Virus genome (UHGV): UHGV-1374414
Direction: 5' to 3' (one strand)
DNA length: 45,123 nt
From: a virus
Shown here: positions 27,919 through 35,751 of the stretch, piece after piece
Position numbering within the stretch: the first letter of the stretch is position 1
How the letters are laid out: each line of letters opens with the position of its first letter
Made by a program: the position numbers and the translations under genes
The notes under the pieces: model-generated
What the model saw: only the letters and a program-made list of their open reading frames with translations
Databases searched by the model: none
What the model was told of the DNA's origin: nothing

Positions 27919-27929
27919 CGAAATCCGAA

Positions 27930-28062
27930 TAGGTATGCACATTTACAGGGCGGGACAAAACGGGACGTCCCGCTTGTCCCGTTTTGAGTTTATGCAGTGG
28001 AAGTGAGTAGGTATGCAGTTTTGCAGGTGCGGGACAAAACGGGACGTCCCGCTTGTCCCGCT
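27930..28062. repeat. two tandem ~80-bp units each containing a 33-bp palindromic core GCGGGACAAAACGGGACGTCCCGCTTGTCCCG
   Basis: Cores at 27949-27981 and 28028-28060 with perfect 12-bp palindrome CGGGACGTCCCG; each preceded by GTATGCA. Confidence 0.8.
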
Positions 28063-28742
28063 TCACTGTGCGGGGTTCTGCTGCGCCATCTCATCAAGCG
28101 CAATTCGTTCCATTAGCTTGATATCTTTAAACGCGCGCTGCTCGTTTTCGATACCGTGCATCTTAAATAACCACTCCAGCACGCCGTAGTCGATGCCGTA
28201 TGCGCCACCAAATCCGGTGCGCCATTGCGTTGAGCAATCTGTGAAGACTGCGACTACCTTCGCGTTGTCGGGCCATAGCGCAACAGGCGGACAAACATCT
28301 TCGGGGGCCGCGCCCCATAAACTTGCGGCTAAATCTTCGGAGGGTGGCGGCGGGCCATAAAAGCGTCGCGCCGCCTCAATTAGTTTTTTTCACGCAATCC
28401 CATCAGTTCGAGATAGTACGACGTGTGGAACACACCGAACGCGCGTGGGTAGTTGACCACCAGGCGGCGGACGTTCTCCGCGTTGAATTCGTCTGGCAGA
28501 TTCCAGCCTTCTGCGACGTGCATGATGGCCTCGACCATAACGTTAAAGCCGTCCGGGTCATTGTCGTCATATTCCGACAGCTTGCGTTCAGTGTCCTGCA
28601 TGGTCTGCGAAAATTCGTCGATCGGGCGGTGGCGTACGGTAAACGTCATTTTGCCGGGTTCGGTCTCACCAGGGCGCGGGATCTCAATCGGCAGCTTAAA
28701 GGTTGGTTTAGGGTCAAGTGTGAAGAGTGGTGCTTTAGCCAT
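28063..28742 (-). CDS. tail assembly chaperone G-T fusion made by programmed -1 ribosomal frameshift
   Basis: G frame ends at A7 run (mRNA G AAA AAA AC UAA); -1 frame then stays open about 105 codons to TGA at 28063-28065. Confidence 0.6.
28380..28742 (-). CDS. tail assembly chaperone (lambda G-like)
   Basis: ATG 28742 with GGAGA SD (ORF-track start 28757 is TTG); 120 aa; between major tail and tape measure genes. Confidence 0.7.
   Translation of the reverse strand: MAKAPLFTLDPKPTFKLPIEIPRPGETEPGKMTFTVRHRPIDEFSQTMQDTERKLSEYDDNDPDGFNVMVEAIMHVAEGWNLPDEFNAENVRRLVVNYPRAFGVFHTSYYLELMGLREKN
28383..28389 (-). other. -1 frameshift slippery heptamer A_AAA_AAC
   Basis: Seven consecutive A on minus strand (plus-strand T7 at 28384-28390) two codons before G stop. 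Confidence 0.55.
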
Positions 28743-28758
28743 TGTAGTATTCTCCAAT

Positions 28759-28781
28759 AAAAAAAGGGCCGTGCTGGCCCC
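28759..28781 (-). terminator. intrinsic terminator/attenuator after major tail gene
   Basis: Minus strand: gggcc-agcac-ggccc hairpin followed by T7. Confidence 0.6.
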
Positions 28782-28811
28782 ATATTAACACTCGCTATTT
28801 AAGCGACCAAA

Positions 28812-29537
28812 TCAAGACAATGCCTCGACCAGATCCTTACGGTAGATAACCATATCAGACTGCATGGTCAGCGTGGATTGCACCGTTTCCACGTTGTTTA
28901 CTTCAGCGGAAGGAATCTTCTGGAAAGATACCTTTGCCGGGTAAATACGGATCTCACCTTTGCCGCTTGCCGCTGCCGGGTTAGTGAACTTAATCACAGT
29001 GGTTTTCTGTGTGTCGTCCAGGTCTTCCAGGATTGGGCGGATCGGGTCTTCTTCGTCGTGGGTGAAGGTGTAAGTCTGCACAAACGGATTTTTCGTGGTG
29101 TTCAGACTGATCGCGGTGTTCACCTGCAACGGCTGGAAGGTAGTAGTCTGCTGGTCGCCACCAGACACGGCAACGTTAGTAATGAAAGGGAAGTCGATAA
29201 AGCTCGACACCTTCACCACTTCGCCCGGAGTGCCTACACCAAACGCGCCAGTAGGATATTTGGTCACGTCCGAGGTGTCGAAGCGCGCCAGCGTAACGTC
29301 GTTGGTAGCCACTTTACCCACGAGGAACGCGCGGTTCAGCGCACGGACCCACGGAGTTTTAGTGAACATTACCACGTCGCCAACCTTCAGGCCATGAGAA
29401 GCCGCGCAGGTGATAACGCAACCTTTCGTAAGATCAGAGATAGACGCGGCTGCGTTGGTAGCTGCCGTAACAGCGATGCCGCTGCCCAGTACGGACCCAA
29501 TCTGGACGCTGGACCCGTTAGGAAGTTGATAACCCAT
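28812..29537 (-). CDS. major tail protein
   Basis: 241 aa; SD AGGAG; followed by attenuator then G/G-T; position typical of lambda V. Confidence 0.65.
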   Translation of the reverse strand: MGYQLPNGSSVQIGSVLGSGIAVTAATNAAASISDLTKGCVITCAASHGLKVGDVVMFTKTPWVRALNRAFLVGKVATNDVTLARFDTSDVTKYPTGAFGVGTPGEVVKVSSFIDFPFITNVAVSGGDQQTTTFQPLQVNTAISLNTTKNPFVQTYTFTHDEEDPIRPILEDLDDTQKTTVIKFTNPAAASGKGEIRIYPAKVSFQKIPSAEVNNVETVQSTLTMQSDMVIYRKDLVEALS

Positions 29538-29597
29538 AATGACGCTCCTGTTTAGATATACGGATTAATGATACCGCACGCATAGAATTGCGCCAAA

Positions 29598-30020
29598 TCA
29601 GGCGCAACAGGTGTAGGGGACTGTGACCACGATGCGGGCACGATCAACATCCTCAATCACGGAACTGGTGTACGGCGCGTCCTGAAGCTGGAATGCAGCG
29701 CCAGTAAGCCTTACGGACTGCCACTTGTCAGACGTCGCGATGGCGTCAGCCAGTTCGCTCGCATACTGTGTGCCAGTACCCGCGGGAAATACCACAGCAA
29801 CCTGATACACACCTGCATAGATCCGGCCCTTCTGCTGGAATCCCACAAACTGGGTCGGGGCCGGAAGCAGATACGGTTCCAAGTAGACACCGCTGCCGTT
29901 TGCGTGGTCGCCGCTCACGTTCTCCCAGTTAACCTTTATCGGGCGCGTGCTAGTGCTCAGGCTAACCGATAGCTCTTCGACAACGCTGTTAAGCGCCTTG
30001 CGGATTAGAGTATTGCTCAT
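29598..30020 (-). CDS. tail terminator / tail completion protein (position-based)
   Basis: 140 aa; upstream of major tail gene. Confidence 0.45.
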   Translation of the reverse strand: MSNTLIRKALNSVVEELSVSLSTSTRPIKVNWENVSGDHANGSGVYLEPYLLPAPTQFVGFQQKGRIYAGVYQVAVVFPAGTGTQYASELADAIATSDKWQSVRLTGAAFQLQDAPYTSSVIEDVDRARIVVTVPYTCCA

Positions 30021-30613
30021 TATTTCACCTTCGAATTAATTTCAGCCGCTACTACACGAACAATCCCCGCGGGCGCTTGTTTACTCCAGCCATACTCAAG
30101 TCGCTGCGCATACGGCACATTGTTAGTAAACCAGATCGACCCGTATTCACCGGAATCGTAATGCGCCAGCACTTCACGCCCTGCGGCTAATGTTGCCGCT
30201 CCGGCCTTGTCCACGCGGTCAATAGCGCCGACAGCCGGGCGGTCGAACGTAACCTGCCAGTTTCCCCGGAAGCGTCCGCCGGTGTAATTCTTCGCAGCCC
30301 AGCCACGCTGGCGGAACGTGACGTTGCCGTTTTTAGTTTTGAATGATACAAGCACACTGGCGTGCTTCTTCTGCCCACGCTTCAGTTTGCCGCCGTTCTT
30401 GCGGCGCTGTGCGGCGTTCGCCTTGTTCGCGTGTTCGCGTGCAAGCGCGTAAGCCCTGTTAATTTTCCACCGGCGGGGGTCGCCCACCGGGGAGATCTCA
30501 ATAAGGCGTCCGAGTATTTGCATACCGTACGCCCGCACCGCCTTGTCGTTGTTCTCCTTCGTCTTATCCACCCACGTAGCAATAGTGGCGGCGAATGAGT
30601 AGACTTCAGCCAC
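30020..30613 (-). CDS. head-tail connector / neck protein (position-based)
   Basis: 197 aa; GTG start with AAGGGG SD; stop overlaps next start. Confidence 0.45.
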   Translation of the reverse strand: MAEVYSFAATIATWVDKTKENNDKAVRAYGMQILGRLIEISPVGDPRRWKINRAYALAREHANKANAAQRRKNGGKLKRGQKKHASVLVSFKTKNGNVTFRQRGWAAKNYTGGRFRGNWQVTFDRPAVGAIDRVDKAGAATLAAGREVLAHYDSGEYGSIWFTNNVPYAQRLEYGWSKQAPAGIVRVVAAEINSKVK

Positions 30614-30614
30614 G

Positions 30615-30968
30615 TTAGCCCCTTAGCTGTAGTTGAAACAGCATGGTAGTGCCCGCCGGTTGCAGTGGGTTAGGGTTGACGACCCGGTAGTCAGTGCCGT
30701 CCAGGTTAACCAGGTCTCCCACCCGCAATTGCTCAACCGCCCGACATAAAAACTTCACATCACCGGCAACGATACGCGTTCCGTCGATCTCGCTAGGCTT
30801 GTACTCCTCGCGAAGACCGATGACGTCAAACGACGTTGGCGGGATTACCACTTCGTCGCCGTCTACGCGGTCAACCGATCCCGGACGCGCAACCGTAACG
30901 GTCATGCCGAATTTATTAATCAGCTTATTCACTTTCCGCTTTAATCCTGCGTAATTAAAGCCCGCCAT
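30615..30968 (-). CDS. head closure / head-tail adaptor protein (position-based)
   Basis: ATG 30968 with AGGAG SD (ORF-track start 30977 is GTG); 117 aa. Confidence 0.45.
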   Translation of the reverse strand: MAGFNYAGLKRKVNKLINKFGMTVTVARPGSVDRVDGDEVVIPPTSFDVIGLREEYKPSEIDGTRIVAGDVKFLCRAVEQLRVGDLVNLDGTDYRVVNPNPLQPAGTTMLFQLQLRG

Positions 30969-31072
30969 CTTCTTCACTCTCCTGTGCCGGTGGTACTGGT
31001 TCTGGCTCCGGTTGTTCTGGTTGCCGTTTAGTGTTGGCGGCGATTATCGCCGCGAGTAATGCAGGATTCATA

Positions 31073-31573
31073 TTACCCCCTGAATACGTCGAAATTTCCT
31101 GCGGCGTTGCCGCCTGAATCAACCCAGTGCCCTAACAAGCCATCCCACCACGGAAACGACACCCCGCTACCAATCGACGCCGGGTCGTATTCCATCGTGA
31201 TCGGGCCGACCGTTTCGCGGATAGTCTCTTTACCATCGCCGACCGGAGAAATATCGATCTCGTCCGCCACCAACAGCGCCAGCCGGTAAACAGCTTGCTC
31301 AACGGCAACGGGGATTGATGCAAAGTCTACGATTTTCCCGACAGGCACTACCGCCACGACTTCGGTTAGCGTGTCGCGCACCGGCTTCCCGTCCGATGGG
31401 TAGTTGATGCGGGGCCATGCGTCTATTCCTGTCTGGTCCGCCTGTTCGCCGATCCAGTTGATGCCGTTAAGGAAGTCATTAACGATGGTAAGGTGTCGCG
31501 TCGCATCGCCCAGCGTAATTTCAACGCCTCGCGCAGCGGCATAATCAACAAAGGTTTGCGGGTCGCCATACAT
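31073..31573 (-). CDS. head completion / head-tail joining protein (position-based)
   Basis: ATG 31573 with AGGAG SD; ORF-track start 31615 lies inside the terminator hairpin after the capsid gene. Confidence 0.5.
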   Translation of the reverse strand: MYGDPQTFVDYAAARGVEITLGDATRHLTIVNDFLNGINWIGEQADQTGIDAWPRINYPSDGKPVRDTLTEVVAVVPVGKIVDFASIPVAVEQAVYRLALLVADEIDISPVGDGKETIRETVGPITMEYDPASIGSGVSFPWWDGLLGHWVDSGGNAAGNFDVFRG

Positions 31574-31587
31574 CTTATTTGCTCCTA

Positions 31588-31612
31588 TAAAAAAGGCGGG
31601 CATAAGCCCGCC
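31588..31612 (-). terminator. intrinsic terminator after major capsid gene
   Basis: Minus strand: gggcgggc-ttat-gcccgcc hairpin followed by tttttta. Confidence 0.65.
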
Positions 31613-31631
31613 CATTTGGGATGTGCGTAGA

Positions 31632-32732
31632 TCAGGACGCTTTGGTCGCAGTCAGCGTAACCAGTACGCCCGCCGTTTCCTTGATGTGACGGGTCGGCAC
31701 TTCCTGTGCGGCCTGGGTCTTACGACGGCCTTTAGTATCGCCATCACCAACAGCGCCAACATCCTGAACGGTTGCCGGTGCGTTGTCTACCTGGCCCTGA
31801 TCCAGTTCCCAGTTAGCGGAAGTGGTGATATCGTCCAGTTTGAACGAGCGCACACCTTCGATCGGGGTACGAGCGGATGCCTTCAGACGATAGCCTTTAA
31901 CCGCCACGTTGAAGTCGAACTCGCCCTGCCACCAGCGTTCGATGTTCTCGTTACCGCCTTTTTCCTGCGCCAGCATATCGAGGCCGTTGGTGGTAACTGC
32001 AACCGCGCCAGGGACCAGACCCAGCATTGTACCTGCACCCATAGCATCGGCAGCGGCATCGGAGATAATGAAACGACGTCCCAGGCCATCGCCCATTACC
32101 TGGAGATCGCCAATTGCGAATACCTGTTCGGCAGAAGGGAGCGCCTGGTACGCAATGAAGTTTGCCCAGGTAACGCCGTCCATAAACCAGGACTTAATCA
32201 AAGACGCCTGATCGCCGAACTTAGAAGCCGCCAGCGGGAAGTCTGCCAGGGTCGGGAAGGTACGACCGCCAACGCCGTCAACGCGCGCCGGTTGGGTGTA
32301 TTTTGCCGCTGCGTTGCTTTCGATCGCCGCTTTACTTGCGCCGATACCCGCTTTCAGGTAATGCAGCATAATCGCTTGAGTAGCCTGTGCCGCGATCTCA
32401 GCCGCAACGCTGTTAACGTTGGTTTCGATCTTAGCCATCATGGCCTTCGTGATTGCTACCGGACCCACTTTCGCGGAAAGGTTAACCGAGTTGGTCAGCA
32501 TACGCGCCAGCACTTTTGCGGTCGCCGGAGTACCTACAGGGGCGTAGGCGTTACGGTCGGTAACGAGGTTGGCTATCAAGCCTACGGACATTTTTTCTAC
32601 AACATCCTTCAGCACTTCACCCGTACCGAGAACAACAGCGCCATTGGCGGCAGCGTTGAAAACGTTCAGGTTGTCGGGGATCATTTGCGTAACCGCGGTA
32701 ACGAGTTTACGCTGGAACACTGTTAAAGACAT
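31632..32732 (-). CDS. major capsid protein
   Basis: 366 aa; SD AAAGGA; follows scaffold gene and is followed by strong terminator; antisense ORF 31623-32726 rejected. Confidence 0.75.
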   Translation of the reverse strand: MSLTVFQRKLVTAVTQMIPDNLNVFNAAANGAVVLGTGEVLKDVVEKMSVGLIANLVTDRNAYAPVGTPATAKVLARMLTNSVNLSAKVGPVAITKAMMAKIETNVNSVAAEIAAQATQAIMLHYLKAGIGASKAAIESNAAAKYTQPARVDGVGGRTFPTLADFPLAASKFGDQASLIKSWFMDGVTWANFIAYQALPSAEQVFAIGDLQVMGDGLGRRFIISDAAADAMGAGTMLGLVPGAVAVTTNGLDMLAQEKGGNENIERWWQGEFDFNVAVKGYRLKASARTPIEGVRSFKLDDITTSANWELDQGQVDNAPATVQDVGAVGDGDTKGRRKTQAAQEVPTRHIKETAGVLVTLTATKAS

Positions 32733-32798
32733 ATCGAAATCCTTTGAGTTGTGAGCATTCGCCCAGTGACGTTAATGTTACCTTAGATTTACGCGCTC

Positions 32799-32824
32799 GC
32801 AAAATTGCCCGCTTTCGCGGGCAA
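32799..32824 (-). terminator. hairpin + T-run attenuator between scaffold and capsid genes
   Basis: Minus strand: ttgcccgc-gaaa-gcgggcaa hairpin followed by tttt. Confidence 0.45.
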
Positions 32825-32829
32825 TCTGC

Positions 32830-33534
32830 TTACTCGTCGTCGCCCATCTTAGCGATGATTTCACCCGCCTGTTTCGTAAGGTCAGTGATACCGAAGCTGT
32901 GGCCCATAGTGATTTTCGACTTCACATCTTCGACAACCTGCGTCGGTTTGCTAGGCGCGCCACCGGCTGGCGTGCCGGCCAGGACGGATGCAAAATCGGC
33001 GTTATTACGGAACTCTTTTTCAAGCTCTTCCATAGTCAGCGCGGACGGTTTGCCATCCTGCAAGACACGCACTTTCAAGCTGCCGTCTTCGCCGTCTTCC
33101 AGCGTCAGGCGGTCCATTACGTGGCGTTGCATGATGCCCGCATTCTTACCGAACAGCTTCGACGCCAGGTCTTTGGCAGCGCTGCCGATGGTTAGATCGT
33201 GGATCTGCTTGCGGTAGGCTTCGATTTTTCCCGATGTGTCTGCTTCGTGTTTCGCAAACTTATCCTTCCAGGACTTATCGATCGCTTCGAGGTCGCCATT
33301 TTTGCGCGCGGCGGCTTCCTCTTTCTCTTTCGCAAGGCGCTCAGCTTCGGCGCGGCGTTCGGCTTCTGCCTTCTTCTCGCTCACCAGCTTCGCGTTGTTG
33401 TCTTTCAGACCCTTGATTTCCGCCTGTACTTCTTCTGCGGTCATGAACGTTGATTTATACCCATCGCCATCGGCAACAAAAAGCGCCTTCATACCTTCCG
33501 GCAACGCGTCATATTCTGCTTTAGTAAGTTTCAT
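32830..33534 (-). CDS. capsid scaffolding protein
   Basis: ATG 33534 with GGGGGA SD; 234 aa, charged coiled-coil KAEAERRAEAERLAKEKEEAAARK; immediately upstream of capsid gene. Confidence 0.65.
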   Translation of the reverse strand: MKLTKAEYDALPEGMKALFVADGDGYKSTFMTAEEVQAEIKGLKDNNAKLVSEKKAEAERRAEAERLAKEKEEAAARKNGDLEAIDKSWKDKFAKHEADTSGKIEAYRKQIHDLTIGSAAKDLASKLFGKNAGIMQRHVMDRLTLEDGEDGSLKVRVLQDGKPSALTMEELEKEFRNNADFASVLAGTPAGGAPSKPTQVVEDVKSKITMGHSFGITDLTKQAGEIIAKMGDDE

Positions 33535-33624
33535 GCTATCCCCCTGGGATTGTGGCAGAGCAGGCCACCCGCTCGACTTCACGCTTCTAATATTATCAGC
33601 GATAAAAATAATCGCAAAATTCGC

Positions 33625-33653
33625 TTGCAATCCGCGTATTGGTTGCATATATT
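33625..33653 (+). promoter_or_regulatory. sigma70-like promoter TTGCAA-17-TATATT with tandem ATTGGTTGCA motifs
   Basis: Motif copies at 33638-33648 and 33651-33661; 25-nt stretch 33650-33674 identical to minus-strand 44510-44486. Confidence 0.5.
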
Positions 33654-33681
33654 GGTTGCACACCAACATGAGGATATGACA

Positions 33682-34194
33682 ATGATTAAAGTTAACTATG
33701 CCGATCTTAAAGCCGCTATGATGTGCGCCGCAACTAATGACGTGCGGTACTATCTGAATGGTGTATTTTTCGACGAGAAAGGATTCATCGTGGCCACCGA
33801 CGGTCATCGTTTGTTCTGCGGGTCCGCGGTTGTTCCCGGAGGTGAAAGTAAAATAGTAGCAATTAAAGGCCGCTTACCTACAAAATTCGAATACTGCAAC
33901 ATAGACGGCACATCCGCTGCGTTCTTTGATAGTAAAGACGTATTAATCGGTACCATACCCGTAGAGATCATAGACGGCAGATTCCCAGACTGGCGTCGTG
34001 TTACGTCTTTCGACAGCGCTAAAGTGGAGGCTATAGGGTTTGCCGGGGTATACCTGTCCGACGCCTGCAAAATTGCTAAATTGTTCGACCGTAAGTTTGA
34101 TAGCTTAAAACTGGAATTTCAGGGAGTAGACAAGGCGACACGTGTGCTGTTCAAAGGCGGTGCCTTCCTTGTTATCATGCCGATGCGTTTGTAG
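33682..34194 (+). CDS. truncated beta sliding clamp (DnaN)-like protein
   Basis: 170 aa; SD GAGGA 7 nt upstream; NDVRYYLNG, VATDGHRL, DGRFPDWRRV and C-terminal VIMPMRL match remembered E. coli DnaN domain II/III (QDVRYYLNG, ATDGHRLA, DGRFPDYRRV, VVMPMRL). Confidence 0.75.
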   Translation: MIKVNYADLKAAMMCAATNDVRYYLNGVFFDEKGFIVATDGHRLFCGSAVVPGGESKIVAIKGRLPTKFEYCNIDGTSAAFFDSKDVLIGTIPVEIIDGRFPDWRRVTSFDSAKVEAIGFAGVYLSDACKIAKLFDRKFDSLKLEFQGVDKATRVLFKGGAFLVIMPMRL

Positions 34195-34201
34195 CTAACA
34201 G

Positions 34202-34238
34202 AAAAAGGGGCCATCACGGCCCCCGAATTATTTTCTGC
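34202..34238. terminator. bidirectional intrinsic terminator
   Basis: A-run, ggggcc-atcac-ggcccc hairpin, then gaattatttt. Confidence 0.6.
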
Positions 34239-34444
34239 AACTCCAGCACTTGCGCCCGCAGCTTCGCGCCGCATTCCATATTTTTCACGTCAATCATCAA
34301 ATCTTCGTCGGGGTCCGCGGACGGGTTATCGAACTTGCACGGCGGTCGCAGTGCCGACTCCGTTAGCGGCATCAACGGCACGTTGCTTGATCCGCACGCG
34401 CTCAGCATCAAAACTACAATCAGGGCGGTTAGGGCGCGTAACAT
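34214..34444 (-). CDS. outer-membrane spanin (Rz1-like lipoprotein), partly embedded in i-spanin gene
   Basis: ATG 34444 with AAGAGG SD; signal peptide with lipobox LSAC; Pro-rich; out-of-frame overlap with 34326-34655. Confidence 0.6.
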   Translation of the reverse strand: MLRALTALIVVLMLSACGSSNVPLMPLTESALRPPCKFDNPSADPDEDLMIDVKNMECGAKLRAQVLELQKIIRGP

Positions 34445-34655
34445 ATTTAACAACCTCTTTCGTGATAGTCCGGTATTCTACGTCGCGGGCTTGTTCGGCC
34501 TGCACGGAGCGCTCAATAACTTTAGTTTGCTGCCGTTGGGCTTCTGCTTGCGCTTCTTGCGCCGCCTCCGCCACTACGCCAGCGCGATAGGAGTCACCTA
34601 GCCAGAATCCTACCACCAGACCGATAACCAGTCCGATCGCTGCATATTTAATCAC
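34326..34655 (-). CDS. inner-membrane spanin (Rz-like)
   Basis: GTG 34655 with GGGGG SD; N-terminal TM helix AAIGLVIGLVVGFWLG then charged coiled-coil AEAAQEAQAEAQRQQ. Confidence 0.55.
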   Translation of the reverse strand: MIKYAAIGLVIGLVVGFWLGDSYRAGVVAEAAQEAQAEAQRQQTKVIERSVQAEQARDVEYRTITKEVVKYVTRPNRPDCSFDAERVRIKQRAVDAANGVGTATAVQVR

Positions 34656-35751
34656 GCCATAGCCCCCTGTTTTTAAGCTGCGCAATAGTCATTAGTTCGC
34701 CAGTATCGGTGAACATCTTCGGCACTTTCACTCCGCGCATAATCTGGTCTGCGCGCTGCACCCCATATAATTCCTCCAGAATATGGCGCGGCTGGCGCTG
34801 CACCCAGGAGAAGAAATCAGTCTGCGCGTCGACCTGCTCACTCAGCAATCTGCCCGCTTCAGCCTTCAGTGCCGGACGCTTACCACTGGGCCAATCTTCC
34901 ATACCTTTGACTTTCCACGTCTCCGTCGACCGGCAGCAATAATGCAGCTTGCCAGGGCCAGCGCCATATTGTGATCCCGCCACCACTTTCCCTCCGCGCC
35001 TTCCTTTGGTGTCGGGAGTAACATCAACCGGATAAAACAGGCGATCGCGTAGCTGGCACATGGGAGAAGTATGCGTGTCCAATGTAGCCAACCATTGGCG
35101 ACCTTCGAGAATATCGTCATTAGCTTTTACCATTAATTCGCGGGCGGTCGCCGCATAGTGGTTGACCGCGGACTTAACAACGCTTGAGATTGCTTGCGCA
35201 CTACGACCGCCTAGCGCGCGCCTCACATCCGCGATAATTTCCATCGTCGGCTTGCCCTGGATGAAGCCAGCGCGCACCTGATTACCGATCTGCGTCCTGG
35301 TCCACTCAGAGAGTGAGTCAGGCCATTGCATCATCGTATTACCCTGGAACGGGTTTTTCATAGCCGTCGCTGCGATCTGTGCACCGGTCACTACCCCAAC
35401 CACCTCGACAGCCGGTACGGCGACCGCGGGCTGGATCGCTGCCGTTAATGTATCGGCAAGATAATCAGCCTCGGTGTCGGCGAACTCCTGAAGGCTTTCA
35501 GCCAGCGCCTTAAACTCGGTGCGCAGTTCCGTTTTGACGGTCTTGTCGAGTTGCGTCAACAGTGTGGTAAGCGCCTTGTTATTCATGGACTTTTTGCCAT
35601 CAAGTAACTCGGTCAGCTTACCCAGTAAAGTGGGCCGGAACTTCTCCCACATAGCCAGCACCCTTCGCGCCTGGTCATTGCTCAGGCGCTGGGTGAAGAT
35701 GTGACGGCGAATCATTCGATCCGCCATATATTGATTAATTGTCTTCGCCAT
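34648..35751 (-). CDS. minor head / head morphogenesis protein (position-based)
   Basis: 367 aa immediately downstream of portal gene with overlapping start. Confidence 0.5.
   Translation of the reverse strand: MAKTINQYMADRMIRRHIFTQRLSNDQARRVLAMWEKFRPTLLGKLTELLDGKKSMNNKALTTLLTQLDKTVKTELRTEFKALAESLQEFADTEADYLADTLTAAIQPAVAVPAVEVVGVVTGAQIAATAMKNPFQGNTMMQWPDSLSEWTRTQIGNQVRAGFIQGKPTMEIIADVRRALGGRSAQAISSVVKSAVNHYAATARELMVKANDDILEGRQWLATLDTHTSPMCQLRDRLFYPVDVTPDTKGRRGGKVVAGSQYGAGPGKLHYCCRSTETWKVKGMEDWPSGKRPALKAEAGRLLSEQVDAQTDFFSWVQRQPRHILEELYGVQRADQIMRGVKVPKMFTDTGELMTIAQLKNRGLWRD

Noticed and set aside
27755-28066. 103-aa minus-strand ORF (and 67-aa plus ORF 27803-28006) running through the iteron/palindrome region
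   Set aside because: Made of low-complexity translation of DNA repeats, no SD, start overlaps the T-frame end, and its similarity to ORF 44700-44954 is explained by the DNA repeat. Conservation of length between copies is noted, so coding is not excluded.
31623-32726. 367-aa plus-strand ORF antisense to the major capsid gene
   Set aside because: Cys/Arg/His-rich composition typical of antisense frames; the minus-strand ORF has SD, terminator and correct operon context.
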